Assembly: GCA_022605425.2 (NCBI GenBank)
Contig: JAKIMF020000005.1
Span: 682,001 to 746,000 of the forward strand
Direction: 5' to 3'
DNA length: 64,000 bases
Source of the DNA: Hamiltosporidium tvaerminnensis FI-OER-3-3
Lineage: Eukaryota > Fungi > Microsporidia
The notes under the pieces are model-generated. The model had not been told where the DNA came from and did not search any database. It was given only the letters and a program-made list of their open reading frames with translations. A program made the position numbers and the translations under genes. Shown here one piece after another: positions 38,700-50,243 of this stretch (its first letter is position 1; the number at the start of each line of letters is the position of its first letter).

Positions 38700-39764
38700 A
38701 TAGGATTTAGACAGTTTAATTGCATAGGAAATTTTAATGAAACTCTAAAAGAATTGTGCATTTTGAGATAATCGTAAGTCTAATTAGAACGAATCTAAAA
38801 AGCTAAAAATACAATTTTGGTACCAGAAAACGCTCGGGAAATTTCAAGTTATGTTGTGGTTTCAGACAAGGGGAGATGCTCACCATTGGGATTAAGATAC
38901 AACAGAATAAAAAGACTATTGGAAAAGTGAGTAATGCCACCGCAAATATCACCTTTACAACAAAGTATCATGCTTTTTGAGCTATACTGATGTTGTTGAT
39001 ATCATAGAAAATGAAGTTAACGACTTCTGAGATCATATCAAAACGATCTAACATGAATCACTGGAAATAAGTCTTGATTTTGATATAATTTAACGAAAGA
39101 CATGATGACTTCGTAGAAAAAGGAAAATATTGCGAATTTCTTCAAGAAGAGGATTATTCCTTCAAAAGTATATTTTTTTTAAATATCAAGGAATTTTTCT
39201 AACAGATAATACAGACACTCTGCGAAACAATAAAGAGAATTAAAGTAGGAAATAATGCATATTTTCGATTGAATGAAATCGTATTCTGACTTTTAACCTG
39301 AGAAAGCAAGAAAATAAAATATTAGCGTATTCTCAAGTAAGAGATTTTCATTTGTAAAAAAATGGATACCGAAAAAAAACGTAATAAGGCGATTCTGGGG
39401 ATATGGAACAAATATGCTACTTATAATAATCCCAATCAAAGATAAAAATTCGTAATAACCTCGCCTTCTAACGTTTATATTGAAATCGAGTATTAGGAAA
39501 CGAAGTAAAAAGAATCAGACCACAAAGGCTGAGTAATTTTGAACGATTGCTATGATGTATTGCGATGAAAAAAATGCGATTTTTCGACTCTAAAGGTCAA
39601 AGGCTTGCAGACAGCCTTGTAGCTGGATGGCTAGATGGTGGTAAAAAAATATATTTCTAAAATTGGTACACTTGAATATCAAAGAGGGCTTGATCGTAAT
39701 TGGTGGAATTTGATAGTAAAATTTGCTCTATGATTCCCACATCCATTGAGTCAGTAAGTAGTAA
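38700..39764 (+). mobile_element. RTE-clade fossil (RT domain to 3' end)
   Basis: GFRQGE.L, LSYTDVVDII (LAYADD-like), RIKVGNNAYF. Same CCATTGAG-T(A/C)AGTAAG terminus as 33830..34475. Confidence 0.7.
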
Positions 39765-41084
39765 ATTATTTTAAGCTCTTGCTATGAGATAAAAGAATTC
39801 GTTTTTATAAATCTCATAAAAGGAACCTATTCAATTATAAAAGAATATCAATAAAAGTATAAATTTGTGGCGTAATATAGTATTTTGGTTCATTAAATAA
39901 AATTTATGTAAATATTCTTATAGAGTTTGAATAAAGTAATTATGATGTATTTAAAAGGTAGAATTCTGTAGTTTTAATTCTTCAATAATAAGTTTTTTAG
40001 TCAATAGAACTATTACATATTCGCTGTACTTAGGGAAATTATAACATCATTTAAATACATAATTGTACTTATTTAAATATTTTTTTTTCTTAGTCGGATA
40101 AATATTTAGACACATACGTCTTCCGATAATTTTATGACAAAAGAATTCTTCGGTGATATTCAAGATTTCATTTAATTGAGAGCAAAAATTCGATTATATT
40201 TCTTCTGGATGTAAATTATATTAAAAGCAAACAAACACTCAAATGATAATTTGGCTTTCTCAACATAAATCTAAAAGTAAATTCAAAAAGTTACAAATAT
40301 AATTACAGAAAGAAGTATTAAAAGACAAATAGGTGTCTTCTATAGAAATACGTTAAAATATTCAAGAATATAAGAAAGAGCACTACTTGTGCCAGAAAAA
40401 ACATAACCAAGATTTAATTATGTTTGTTTGATTGCTCTCGAGTATTACTACATTAAAAAATTTAAACTTCAAAGCGCAAACAATATCAAACGATTGATTA
40501 AGATACATTACAATAAACATTCAAATTTTAATACAGCAGAATTTGATCTAAATATTTGGAAATATTAACAATAACAAATAAGTATTGCAATATCATAGAT
40601 ATTAATTAATGTTAAATTAAAAATGCAATATCGTAAATTTTTAATTAATTATTTAATTAAGACGTATAATATCATAAATAAATTAATTTTTGAATAATTC
40701 TTGGGATAATTGTTATTTGAAAATCAAATTTATATATTTTAAACATTTATGGTTTAATTAATATTAATAATCATGATTCATCAAGAATACTTTAAAATTG
40801 GGTATAGTAAATGATTTTTCTATGGGAGGGCAATGAATTGTTTCTATTTTTTTACAAAAAAAAATTTTACAAAATATATTTGCCTAAAAACTCCATTTTT
40901 AACCTTTAATATACAATAAATGACTAAATGACTAAATATTAAATATTTGATTAGTATAGATTAAAAATTTGCTTCAATTAAATGAGAATTTATGCCACTG
41001 AAGGATTAAACTATAAATAGAGATATTAAATTTCTATAAACAGACAAATTCGAAACTATAAATACGCAAAAATTTTGGAACCGT

Positions 41085-41813
41085 ATGGAATCTTCTGAAA
41101 TAAAAAAGTCTAATGATACCGGGTCAATTCTAAAAGATGTTGTGATGAAATATATAGATAGTGTTATGTTTTGTATTTTGGTAATTTTGCATATCTGCAA
41201 CAATTTTTATCCATCTGTTTCAAAAACATTCAAGATACAAAACTTTATTGGCTTTTATACCACTTTGTACATTATTACCAGTGTTATAACAAGATTTATC
41301 GACATTTCAGTTCTTTTTTATGAAAAAAAAGAATCTAAATTTAGAAGACCGAATTTGATAAAATACGGTGTATTTTCAATAGCAACTGCGATCAGTGCTT
41401 TTTTGGTATATTATTCTTATCAAATACCGCCAAATACAGAAAATGCATCCTTAAAAATTGCTGCTATTTCTACATTTGTATTTAATATATACGATTTGAT
41501 ATCTAGGTCAGGAAATTTGACAAAACAAGATTGCCTTTTCAACCTAATATACTTCTTGTGTATTTCATCCGCGATCGTATTAAATACATATGGAAAGAAT
41601 TATATGACCTTAATTGTACTTGTGGCAATGATTTGTAAAATATGTGAGATTGTCTTATCAAGAATACAAAAAAAGAAAGAAAACGTTTTAAATGTATATT
41701 TTACTGCGATGTCTATCAGCTTTGCCGTCGTAACAGCTGGATTGATAGTATATTCATGTTATAAAAAAATACCATATTTGATTCCTGTATTGGCAAAAGC
41801 ACCTACGTCCTAA
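41085..41813 (+). CDS. Uncharacterised multi-pass membrane protein (242 aa, about 7 TM)
   Basis: ATG-initiated ORF with about seven hydrophobic stretches and AATAAA just after the stop. Confidence 0.75.
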   Translation: MESSEIKKSNDTGSILKDVVMKYIDSVMFCILVILHICNNFYPSVSKTFKIQNFIGFYTTLYIITSVITRFIDISVLFYEKKESKFRRPNLIKYGVFSIATAISAFLVYYSYQIPPNTENASLKIAAISTFVFNIYDLISRSGNLTKQDCLFNLIYFLCISSAIVLNTYGKNYMTLIVLVAMICKICEIVLSRIQKKKENVLNVYFTAMSISFAVVTAGLIVYSCYKKIPYLIPVLAKAPTS

Positions 41814-41934
41814 CAAGTTTGTTTGAAAAATAAATCTTTGTAAATATTTGTTAATTTTATTTGAATTTAAAAAAGATTCTTTTTTCGTTTGATAACATTG
41901 ATTGTTATTATATCGCCTGATAATGATGAATAAA

Positions 41935-42168
41935 ATTCATTCATTCGTATATACTCGGCACATAGCTCTGGACGTGTCTTAGCTTCCTTCAGCAATCCTT
42001 CCGCCGGTCTCTTTTCAGTAGGTTACTTTACATTTTTTGGCTTTTTAACAAAGTGGTTTTAAAGGGCGGGTTGTTAGCTCTACGCCCAACCTGGAAAACC
42101 AGTTCCTTTTGGTCGTATCTTACGTAAAGCAGGGAATACTCTAAGCCAATTCTACTCTCGGAATGGGG
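41935..42168 (-). mobile_element. ~235-bp non-autonomous RTE derivative (5' end fused to 3' end), copy 1
   Basis: Minus strand: GTAGAATTGGC..CCCTGCTT.ACGTAAGA..CGAC..CCAGGTTGGGCGTAGAGCTAACAACCC ... GGAAGCTAAG..GAGCTATGTGCC, then (GAAT)n. Homologous to 44937..45172. Confidence 0.7.
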
Positions 42169-42888
42169 AAAATCAATCATATTAGTAATCAAAAAATATC
42201 TTAATGCAAAGAGAGCCGAAAGGGCACCTTTGGGCAATAGATGGAGTAAAACGCAGTAAAATTCATTCTTTATTATCCATTCTCGAAAATGAAAAGAAAT
42301 GTTTTGATCAAATAAATACCAAAATTGAACGATAAAGTGCAAAATTAAAAAACCCAAATCAAATTAAAGCTTAAAAATTAAAAAAGAATCTAATATAAGC
42401 AAGAATTCAAACAAAACCGTAAAGTAGATCCCTTTTGAATCTAAATAAGGTATGAGTGATCTTTTTCAAATAAATGTGTTTTATTTCAAAATTAAAGATT
42501 AAATTCATTAACATAATACATTAATTTTAGATTTATAGTAAAAGGGTTTTCAGTATTTGCTATTTTCAAATGAGTATAAATATTTTTTTTACGATTTTTT
42601 ACCAATAACGATCAAAGCCGAGTATTGCATTCAATATAAGTTAAATATGTATTAACTATACAGTATTTATATTTGAAGTATGTATCAAAATGAATAAAAA
42701 TTAAATTAAATTTTTCCTTCGATATGTTTTTATGAATTTTTACAGCTTATTTACTAAAAAAATTCAAAAGTTTAAGATATTTATGTAGATTACTGAAAAT
42801 AATTCCTTTTTATTTAACTACATTCGATTAAATATGTACTTATAAGTTTCTTGTCAATTTAATTTGAAACATAAGTTATGTGATATTT

Positions 42889-43220
42889 AAAAAAATTTCC
42901 TTTGATCGACGAAGAGGAATTGAGTTGAGACTAAATGCCGAAGAGTGTTGGGAAAGAGCTTCATTATGTGTTATTAAGGGGCCGAATTGCATAAACAACC
43001 AAAACACACTTGAAGCAAGTAAATACGAGGAATATGGTATTAAAATTTTAAAACCAAAAAATAACATACTTTTTATTTAAGATGGAAGAACCACACTAGA
43101 GGAACCGAAAGTAAAGATAAATAATGAGTCGGATTCAAAGAAAGACAGTGATGTGCTTAAAAAGGTGCAAAAATTCATTTAAAAGATAAAAAATTTATTA
43201 GCCCAGAATTTTATTAAATA
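42889..43220 (+). mobile_element. R4-clade element 3' fragment
   Basis: ISFDRRRG..LNAEE.WE..KILKPKNN. Ends in CCCAGAATTTTATTAAATA. Confidence 0.85.
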
Positions 43221-43309
43221 AATTAAAATTTTTTTAGTATACTTGAAGAATTTAGTTTGTAAAAAAAGCGACTTGCAGTTTTTTAATAATTTATAATATT
43301 TACCATCAA

Positions 43310-43557
43310 ATGAGGTCAGAGGTGCTTGAGGAACCAACACCCCCTTTAAAAGAAGCGAAAAGAGAGGAAGATGGTGCAAAAAATTTAAAACCAAAAAATA
43401 ATACACCCCTTATTTCACAAGGAGGAACCACTTTAGAGGAACTGACCAATAACAATAATAAAGAGTCGGATTTGGAAGAAGAGACAACAGTGGTTAAAGA
43501 GGTAGAAGAAAACATATAAAAATGTTAAAATATTTTAACCCAGAATTTTATTAAATA
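43310..43557 (+). mobile_element. R4-clade element 3' fragment (young)
   Basis: EEPTPPLKEAKREEDG..ISQGGTTLEE..VEENI, almost identical to 22263..22511. Confidence 0.92.
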
Positions 43558-43875
43558 TAAATTCTATTTGGAGTCATAAATTGGGGAAATAATAGAAAAA
43601 AAGGAAATATTTTGAACAATTATACAACAAATGCAAAGGATTTTAATTTTTCATCTAGAAAAAAGTCAAAATATTTACTTTTATAAATTTATTTAAATTA
43701 TCATATTGCCACATTTAAATTGTTAGAATTCTTTTCAGTTTAAAAATTAATAGCATTTTATTTTTTATAAGTGTGAAAGACAATTTTTTTTCAATTTAAA
43801 ACATTTTTTTTCTTCTTTTTAAACCAAAATTAAAAATAATTTAAATATTAATTTTTTTTTCTAATTTGCAATATT

Positions 43876-44166
43876 TTAATTAATATATTTTCCCAAATGA
43901 AACACTTTTAAATCTTTAACTTGTTTTGCACTCCCATCCCCTAAAATATCTCTATTTTTAATATAATATAAGTCATTTTCCACTTGTTCAGTTAGTAACG
44001 GCGTTTTAATATTATACCATCCTTCCTCATCCAATTTGCTTTTATTTATTATTACTTTTTCCATTTTTAGATTCTTTTGGTTTTTAAGCAAATCTTTTGT
44101 AGCTTTAAATCTTCTATTTCCAGTAAAATACGGTTTAGATTTTGTATATGGATTTTCGTAATTCAT
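43876..44166 (-). CDS. FCF2: Fcf2-like pre-rRNA processing protein (96 aa)
   Basis: GWYNIKTPLLTEQVENDLYYIKNRDIL...FHLG matches the Fcf2 core W..M....LT.E...DL..LK.R..L...F..G. CCC motif about 20 nt upstream of the ATG. Confidence 0.7.
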   Translation of the reverse strand: MNYENPYTKSKPYFTGNRRFKATKDLLKNQKNLKMEKVIINKSKLDEEGWYNIKTPLLTEQVENDLYYIKNRDILGDGSAKQVKDLKVFHLGKYIN

Positions 44167-44399
44167 TTTTGTGTTTTTTTGAAGGGAGAAGAATTATAAA
44201 TCTATTATATATTTTTTAAAACACTTTTTATTGAAAAAATTGTATTTTTATTTCTCTTCTTTTATAATATTCTCTTAATACTAAATTATGTGGTAAAGAA
44301 TTTTTTAAATTACATTTCAAAATTAATTTCATTTCTATACTAATGTGGAGTTATATTTTTTACCTACTAAAGGTTTTGGATGAACATTTGTTTTAATAA

Positions 44400-44620
44400 G
44401 TTACTTACATATTTCTGTCCTCTTTTGCTTCTCGATGTCCAGGATGAACAAATAAAATTTAAAATGTGTTTCTTTTGATCGGTATAACTCGGGGTTATGG
44501 GGGACTGACCTATAGTTCCGACGTGGCTATATCCCACCTAAATCCCAATAATGATTTTCAAACAATTCTAGACACTCATTGTCAAGCAGATAGTTTTTAA
44601 TGTGGAAATCCACTCTCCGC
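44400..44620 (-). mobile_element. Related repeat head (family B)
   Basis: GCGGAGAG..CCACATTAAAAACTATCTGCTTGACAATGAGTGT matches the family A 5' end. The body (CTATAGG, CCGAGTTATA, TTTGTTCATCCT.GACATCGA) is shared with 53930..54366 and 61320..61555. Confidence 0.7.
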
Positions 44621-44936
44621 CTTGTTTTAATAACAAATAGATTAATATGAAATAATCGATGTTTATAAAGACCAGTATATATTTATATTTGATCTGAATA
44701 TATGCTATTCATACTTTTAATAAACCGACGGGGAAATAAATAAACAACCACACTTTTATTTCAAAGAAAATATATAAATAAAACTTTTCAAAGTCAACTA
44801 AAATCAATTTTTTTGTGAAGCATGTGTGGTATGTCGAAATAAGAATAAAAACCATGACAAGAACTTACAAAAAATCTTAAATAACTAAATCAAACATTTA
44901 TGCTGTATTTTTAATTAAAATTGAATATAGATTCAT

Positions 44937-45172
44937 ATATTCATCTTCGGCACTGCAACCCTGCACGAGCCTTGGCCTCTCTCAGAAATGCCGCTCACCG
45001 GTCTCTTCCGAGTAGGTTCGTATACTTTTCTGGATTTCGTAACAAAGTGGTTTAAAAGAGTGGGTTGTTGGCCCAGAAACTTCCTCCAACCTGAAGAACT
45101 GGTCTCTTAGTCGCCTCTTACGACAAGCAGGGAAATTCCAAGCCAATTCTACTTCCAGCATGACGGAGAAGC
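44937..45172 (-). mobile_element. ~235-bp non-autonomous RTE derivative, copy 2
   Basis: CCCTGCTTGTCGTAAGAGGCGACTAA and CAGGTTGG..GGGCCAACAACCC..TTGTTACGAAA (RTE 5'-type) are joined to GAGGCCAAGGCTC..GGGTTGCAGTGCC (RTE 3'-type). Flanked by a near-duplication AATATRGATTMAT (44924-44936 / 45173-45185). Confidence 0.75.
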
Positions 45173-46388
45173 AATATGGATTAATAAACTTAATTATCTA
45201 AAACAGATTATATGCAATTATAAATATTAAGAATTATTTGCTAGCTATAAAAGACCAATTTGATATTCAGAAATGCAATAATCTTATCATTCCTTACATA
45301 AAAGATGAAGTTTAATCAATATAGACATTAAAATAAATATGTTAGCATGTGCAAGCGAATTATTAAATATGCATATACCACATACAAATAATGGAAGAAA
45401 CCATTTTTATGACAAAAAATAAATTAAAAACCATAATCCAAAGATAAAGGTATTACAAGAAATATAAATTACTTAAACATAAAATTCGCTACAAAATTCG
45501 TACTCTCTTTTTAAAATCTAAAATATAAGACAGCGAATACAAATTGAAATAAAAATTTTAAATGGAAAATGACAGAGCGAATTATCATAAAAACAATAAA
45601 TTCATATATTATTTAATTCAAAAAAATTTTTTAATTAATATAAACCACAATAATCAATATATTTGATTTTTTAAAAGTAAATTACTTCGCATTTTGTTAA
45701 AGAGTATACCAATCATTAGTAAAATATTATTATACTAAATTGTAAGCCGATAGTTTGTTACTACAATTTATTTTTAGGAGATAAATCTAGTAGTACTTAT
45801 TAGCAACTATGAACTGTTTCTTTTAAATTTTTTGAGCAGAAAGAAATCACTTTAATTTTGAGGTTCCATGGTATGAAAAGTAGGCTTTAATTTTTGCAAT
45901 TCATAAGTTGAATTCGCGTAAAGAGGAAGTGAAACGTTTTTTCTTGTCTAAAGAAATAAACGTTTTAGAAAATAAAAAAGCTGATATGAAAATCTGAGAA
46001 ACAGTAGGTGTGTTAGTTTCAGATGAGGAAAGACATTGAATGACTTCAGATACGCGCAATATAAAATATCATAAATTCTAATCAGAAAACACCAAATAAA
46101 TTAAAAAAAAGTGTCGAATCGGTGTAAAAAAATAGTCCAAAGATAAAAATTTTTAATACTAGAAAAAACTTAGAATAAAGCTAAAATAAAGAACAAAATA
46201 CCCAGTAACAACTATACAATCGTAAAAAAAATTAAAATTGATTTGTAATTATTCGTTCACATAAATCTGTGGAAAAGAAGGATTCACTTATCTATTATTT
46301 AATGTAATTTTGTTTTTTGTTTATATTATCTTTGTTTCATATGTAAAATATATAACAATGTAAATTTATTTTTGTTAGATTAAGCTAA

Positions 46389-46462
46389 GCCTCACTAGCT
46401 CAGTCGGTTAGAGCATCCGGCTTTTAACCGGGGGGCCGAGGGTTCGAGTCCCTCGTGGGGTA
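46389..46462 (+). tRNA. tRNA-Lys (anticodon UUU)
   Basis: Full cloverleaf: acceptor GCCTCAC/GTGGGGT, D-arm GCTC/GAGC, anticodon arm TCCGG-CTTTTAA-CCGGG, T-arm GAGGG-TTCGAGT-CCCTC. Followed by a TTTTT Pol III terminator at 46464-46468. Confidence 0.96.
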
Positions 46463-46562
46463 CTTTTTGATCCTTTAAAAATCATACTTTTAAAACCATA
46501 GTTTTTAATTTCGTTCTTTCTTATGATTTTTATTTTATGTTTACTGATAGTAGTTAGTAGAA

Positions 46563-47280
46563 TGGAGGAAGAATAATCACATAAAAAAATTTCTTCTTTC
46601 GATGAGTATGTGTAATTGAAGAGAAAAGCATTTTTTTTATTTTTGGTGGAATGAAACCATACTACAATTTTAGTTGTTTCATGAGATTTTTATGAGAAGC
46701 AAAAAGTCTACGAAATTTCCAAACATTTTCTACATATTTATTATAATTTTCTGTGTTACTAGATTGCAGACAGCAACTGAACCTGTAGGTAATTGCCATG
46801 CAAAAGCATGAAAACCTAGCCTTGCTCACTCAGGTTATAAGACTTAGTGGCTGTGAGATATAAAAACAACCCCCTGAAGCTAAGAGAGCTAAGTAGCGAG
46901 TCATACCTGTTGGTATGACATTGCACTGTTTAATTGAACCCTATGTAAATCTTCGAGATATATCTTATCTATATGTTTATTGGGTTCAAAAAGTGTAGAG
47001 TAAGTGGGTATTCTGCATAGTCTTGGGGATGCCAGTTTTGGTTTCAACCAACTATAATATTCTATGTAACAGACATTAACTAAATAAGGACTCCCGACTC
47101 GCCCATTAATTGGGTTCTTGACACTTTTAGAAGCAGGGATTTGGGATGTGGTTATCATTAGGGGGGTACCTATGGAGTGTTGGGTAGCGTTTTTTATTTT
47201 AAACTTAAAACTGCGTTAATTTCAAGAAAAAAATCTATTGCTTTCTACATTTAAAAAATAATGACATTTTTTGAAATAAA
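46563..47280 (+). mobile_element. Family A repeat, copy 3 (variant subfamily)
   Basis: TGGAGGAAGAATAATCACATAAAAAA ... GAAATAAA, collinear with the other copies. Confidence 0.88.
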
Positions 47281-48871
47281 ATGCCTTGATTAGGTACAAT
47301 AATAAAATCATTATTTGTCATTCTTCTTTTAAATTAAGACAATGTAAATTTCAGCCTTTGAAAGTAAAAAATTATCTTTCGTATCTGTAATAATTGAAAG
47401 AGTTAATAATATGAGTATTTTGTGAAGAAAATTCGTTTAAATTTTCCAAAAGATAAATTTCACACAATTTTTTTAAAAAATTTATCTAAAATAACATACT
47501 CCACTTTAATTTTTTCTCAGACTTACGATAGTAATCAAATAAAAGAAGTTTTAAGAATAATTAAATCTCATATTAAAAATAATATAACTTTCTCAACGAG
47601 CCAAATGCATTTTAGATTGTAAATATTTCAGGTTTGACAAGGTAATTTATTCACGTGCTAATATTTCAAAGGTATGAAAATTGTTATATTCTTTCGAATA
47701 TAAAAGTCACTGATAACTGTGTATCAAACCGAAATTATAATAATCATAGAAAGATTATATCTTTACAAATCTAGGGATTTCTAATTCGACAGTTAGATGT
47801 ACATTAAACAATAATTCTTTTTTCTTATTAAAATAAAAATTCTGATGAAAAGACACCGTTATTTGAAATTTACACATTTTTATTTATACGTGATCATTAA
47901 ATTCGTATTTTCAATCAATTTATCATTGCCAAATAAGTAGAATTATATGACATATTATATGATTGGTCAATCATTTAATAAATTACCTAATCTCATAATT
48001 ATCACATACAATTTTCACCTTATTTGGGTGAGAAAAATATAAAATATAGTTTTTCAATGAAATTAAAAAATTATACGTTCAAAAAAATCATCTGTTCGAA
48101 TAATTTGATGTTACTCAAAAATAAGTTTTTACCAAAAAAAATTCTAATAGTTTTAGAAAAAAGCATCATTTCAGCAAATAGGTAAAAGCAAATAAATTTT
48201 CATAATATAGTTTTATTATCATTTTGCTTATGTGGTATTTAAAAATAATAATTGTTCTATAGTTTAAGTAATTTTAAAGGATTATGTGAGTATCATAAAG
48301 TTAAACTAAGGTAGCTTATATGAAGAAAATATATTTTGTTCTTTTATTTTAACTTTTTTTCTTGCGTTTAAAACAGAAATGTGTCTGCTAGAATGATTGA
48401 GTTGTAGTTTAATTATTGATAAGTTTTTCTTTCAAATTTGAAATAAAGTTACTTTGAGATACTTTTATTGGGTTTTTAAGAAGTTACAAAATTTAAATAA
48501 ACAATATTTTTATTTAAATTATAATTTTATTCAGATCAATTTAATTAAAAATAATTCTACTCAGATCAATTTGATCAAAAATAATTCTAGTCAATATACT
48601 TATTCTTGAATTAAAAGTATTATAATAAATCCTTTCTATGTTTTTTGTGGCAAAGATATTATTAAAATATTAAATTTAATCTTTTGAATAAATTGAAAAC
48701 GAATTTTATTGATAAACAAATTTATAAATTGTTTTGTTCAAAACTATTTTATGAGTCTAGAACAGTTTTTGAGGAAAATAAACAAATCAAACGTATAAAT
48801 TTGTTAAAAAAGTTTAATTAAATAAATATTTTTTTTATAAAATAAATTAGATTACAAGCAAAGAAACAAAT

Positions 48872-49996
48872 ATGAATAGACCGGGAGATTTTAGTGAAAT
48901 ATTTGACAAAAATAATCGATTCGAATATTGTGGGCATATTGGTAAAGGAACATATGGATCAGTATGTTTGGCTTTTGATCGATTCAAAAAAAATTATATT
49001 GCGATCAAACGAGTAAATTTTTATAATTCGCATGTGTTGGCAAAAAGAATTTTACGTGAAATACGTATTCTTAAACATTTAAGAAATATTCAAAATGTAA
49101 GTGTTTCTATTTCCTAATTAGATTGTACAAATATGGCAAATATGTGTACCAGAAAATAATGATTTTTATGAATTGTAAGTATATTTCTAATTAGATTTAT
49201 ATTTCAAGAATATATTGAAAAAGATCTTTTGATTTTTATCCAAAAAAGAGATCAAATATACATAAATGAAACTAGATATATTCTTTTTCAAATATTACAA
49301 GGATTGGCATTCATTCATAAAGCAGGTATTATTCATAGAGATTTGAAACCAAATAATATATTTCTAGATTGTAATTTGAATGTTAAAATTGGCGATTTCG
49401 GGATGGCCAGAAGTAATTTTTATAGCGATAGACGCGATATAAAAAGTACTTATGTGACTGCCAGATGGTATAGGGCTCCCGAGCTTCTATTTAAGTATCC
49501 CCATTATAGTTATAAAATAGATATGTGGAGTGTTGGTTGCATACTTGGTGAAATTCTATTTCAAAAACCGATTTTTGCCTCAAATACATACTACGACCAA
49601 CTAAAAATAATTTTTGAATGGAACGGAACACCTTCTAACGATTATATAAGAAATTACGCATCAACTTCAATGAAAAACTTAATATATAGAGTCCCGCTAT
49701 ATAGTAAAATTCCATTCGAAGCCAAATTTGCAACAATACCATCTCAACTTGCAGATCTTTTAGAAAAATTCTTAGAATACGACCCTGAAACCAGAATAGA
49801 TACTGCAGATGCCCTCAAACATGACTTTATTACAGAATGTTTTCTATCACCCGAAATAAATATAAATTTATATTGTCCGGTTCCAGATCATGATAAGACA
49901 TTTAACGAATTTAGAGATAATTTTCGTGATGAAGCCTCTGAATTACTATGTGAGGAACTTATTGAAAAGTCTTTGCCATTAGACCCAGAAGAATAG
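48872..49996 (+). CDS. MAP-kinase-like CMGC kinase, 3 exons: 48872-49096, 49122-49174, 49195-49996 (359 aa)
   Basis: GKGTYG, AIK, AKRILREIRILKHL, HRDLKPNN, DFGMAR, RWYRAPE. Removing two GTAAGT..CTAATTAG introns (49097-49121 and 49175-49194) restores NIVQIWQICVPENNDFYELFIFQEYIEKDL in frame. Confidence 0.9.
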
Positions 49997-50243
49997 AATT
50001 TTCCAATAAAAAAATACAAACAATACTCTTAATATTTTTTCATTAGATTTTTTCTGTGCAAAAAAATTATACAACTTATTTAAAACCATTAATATTTAAA
50101 ACTAAAAAGCATACAAATACTATCAATCTTAGTTCAAAACATAAAATATTTTTGAATTAATTTAAATAAAAAGCATCTAAACTATCAATCTTATTTTAAT
50201 CATTATAAAATATTTTCTACCGTAATATTATTGAATACAAAAC

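Noticed and set aside
38774-38787. 14-nt intron GTAAGTCTAATTAG
   Set aside because: Lies in decayed RTE coding sequence (VSLIR) with no host reading frame to restore; treated as chance.
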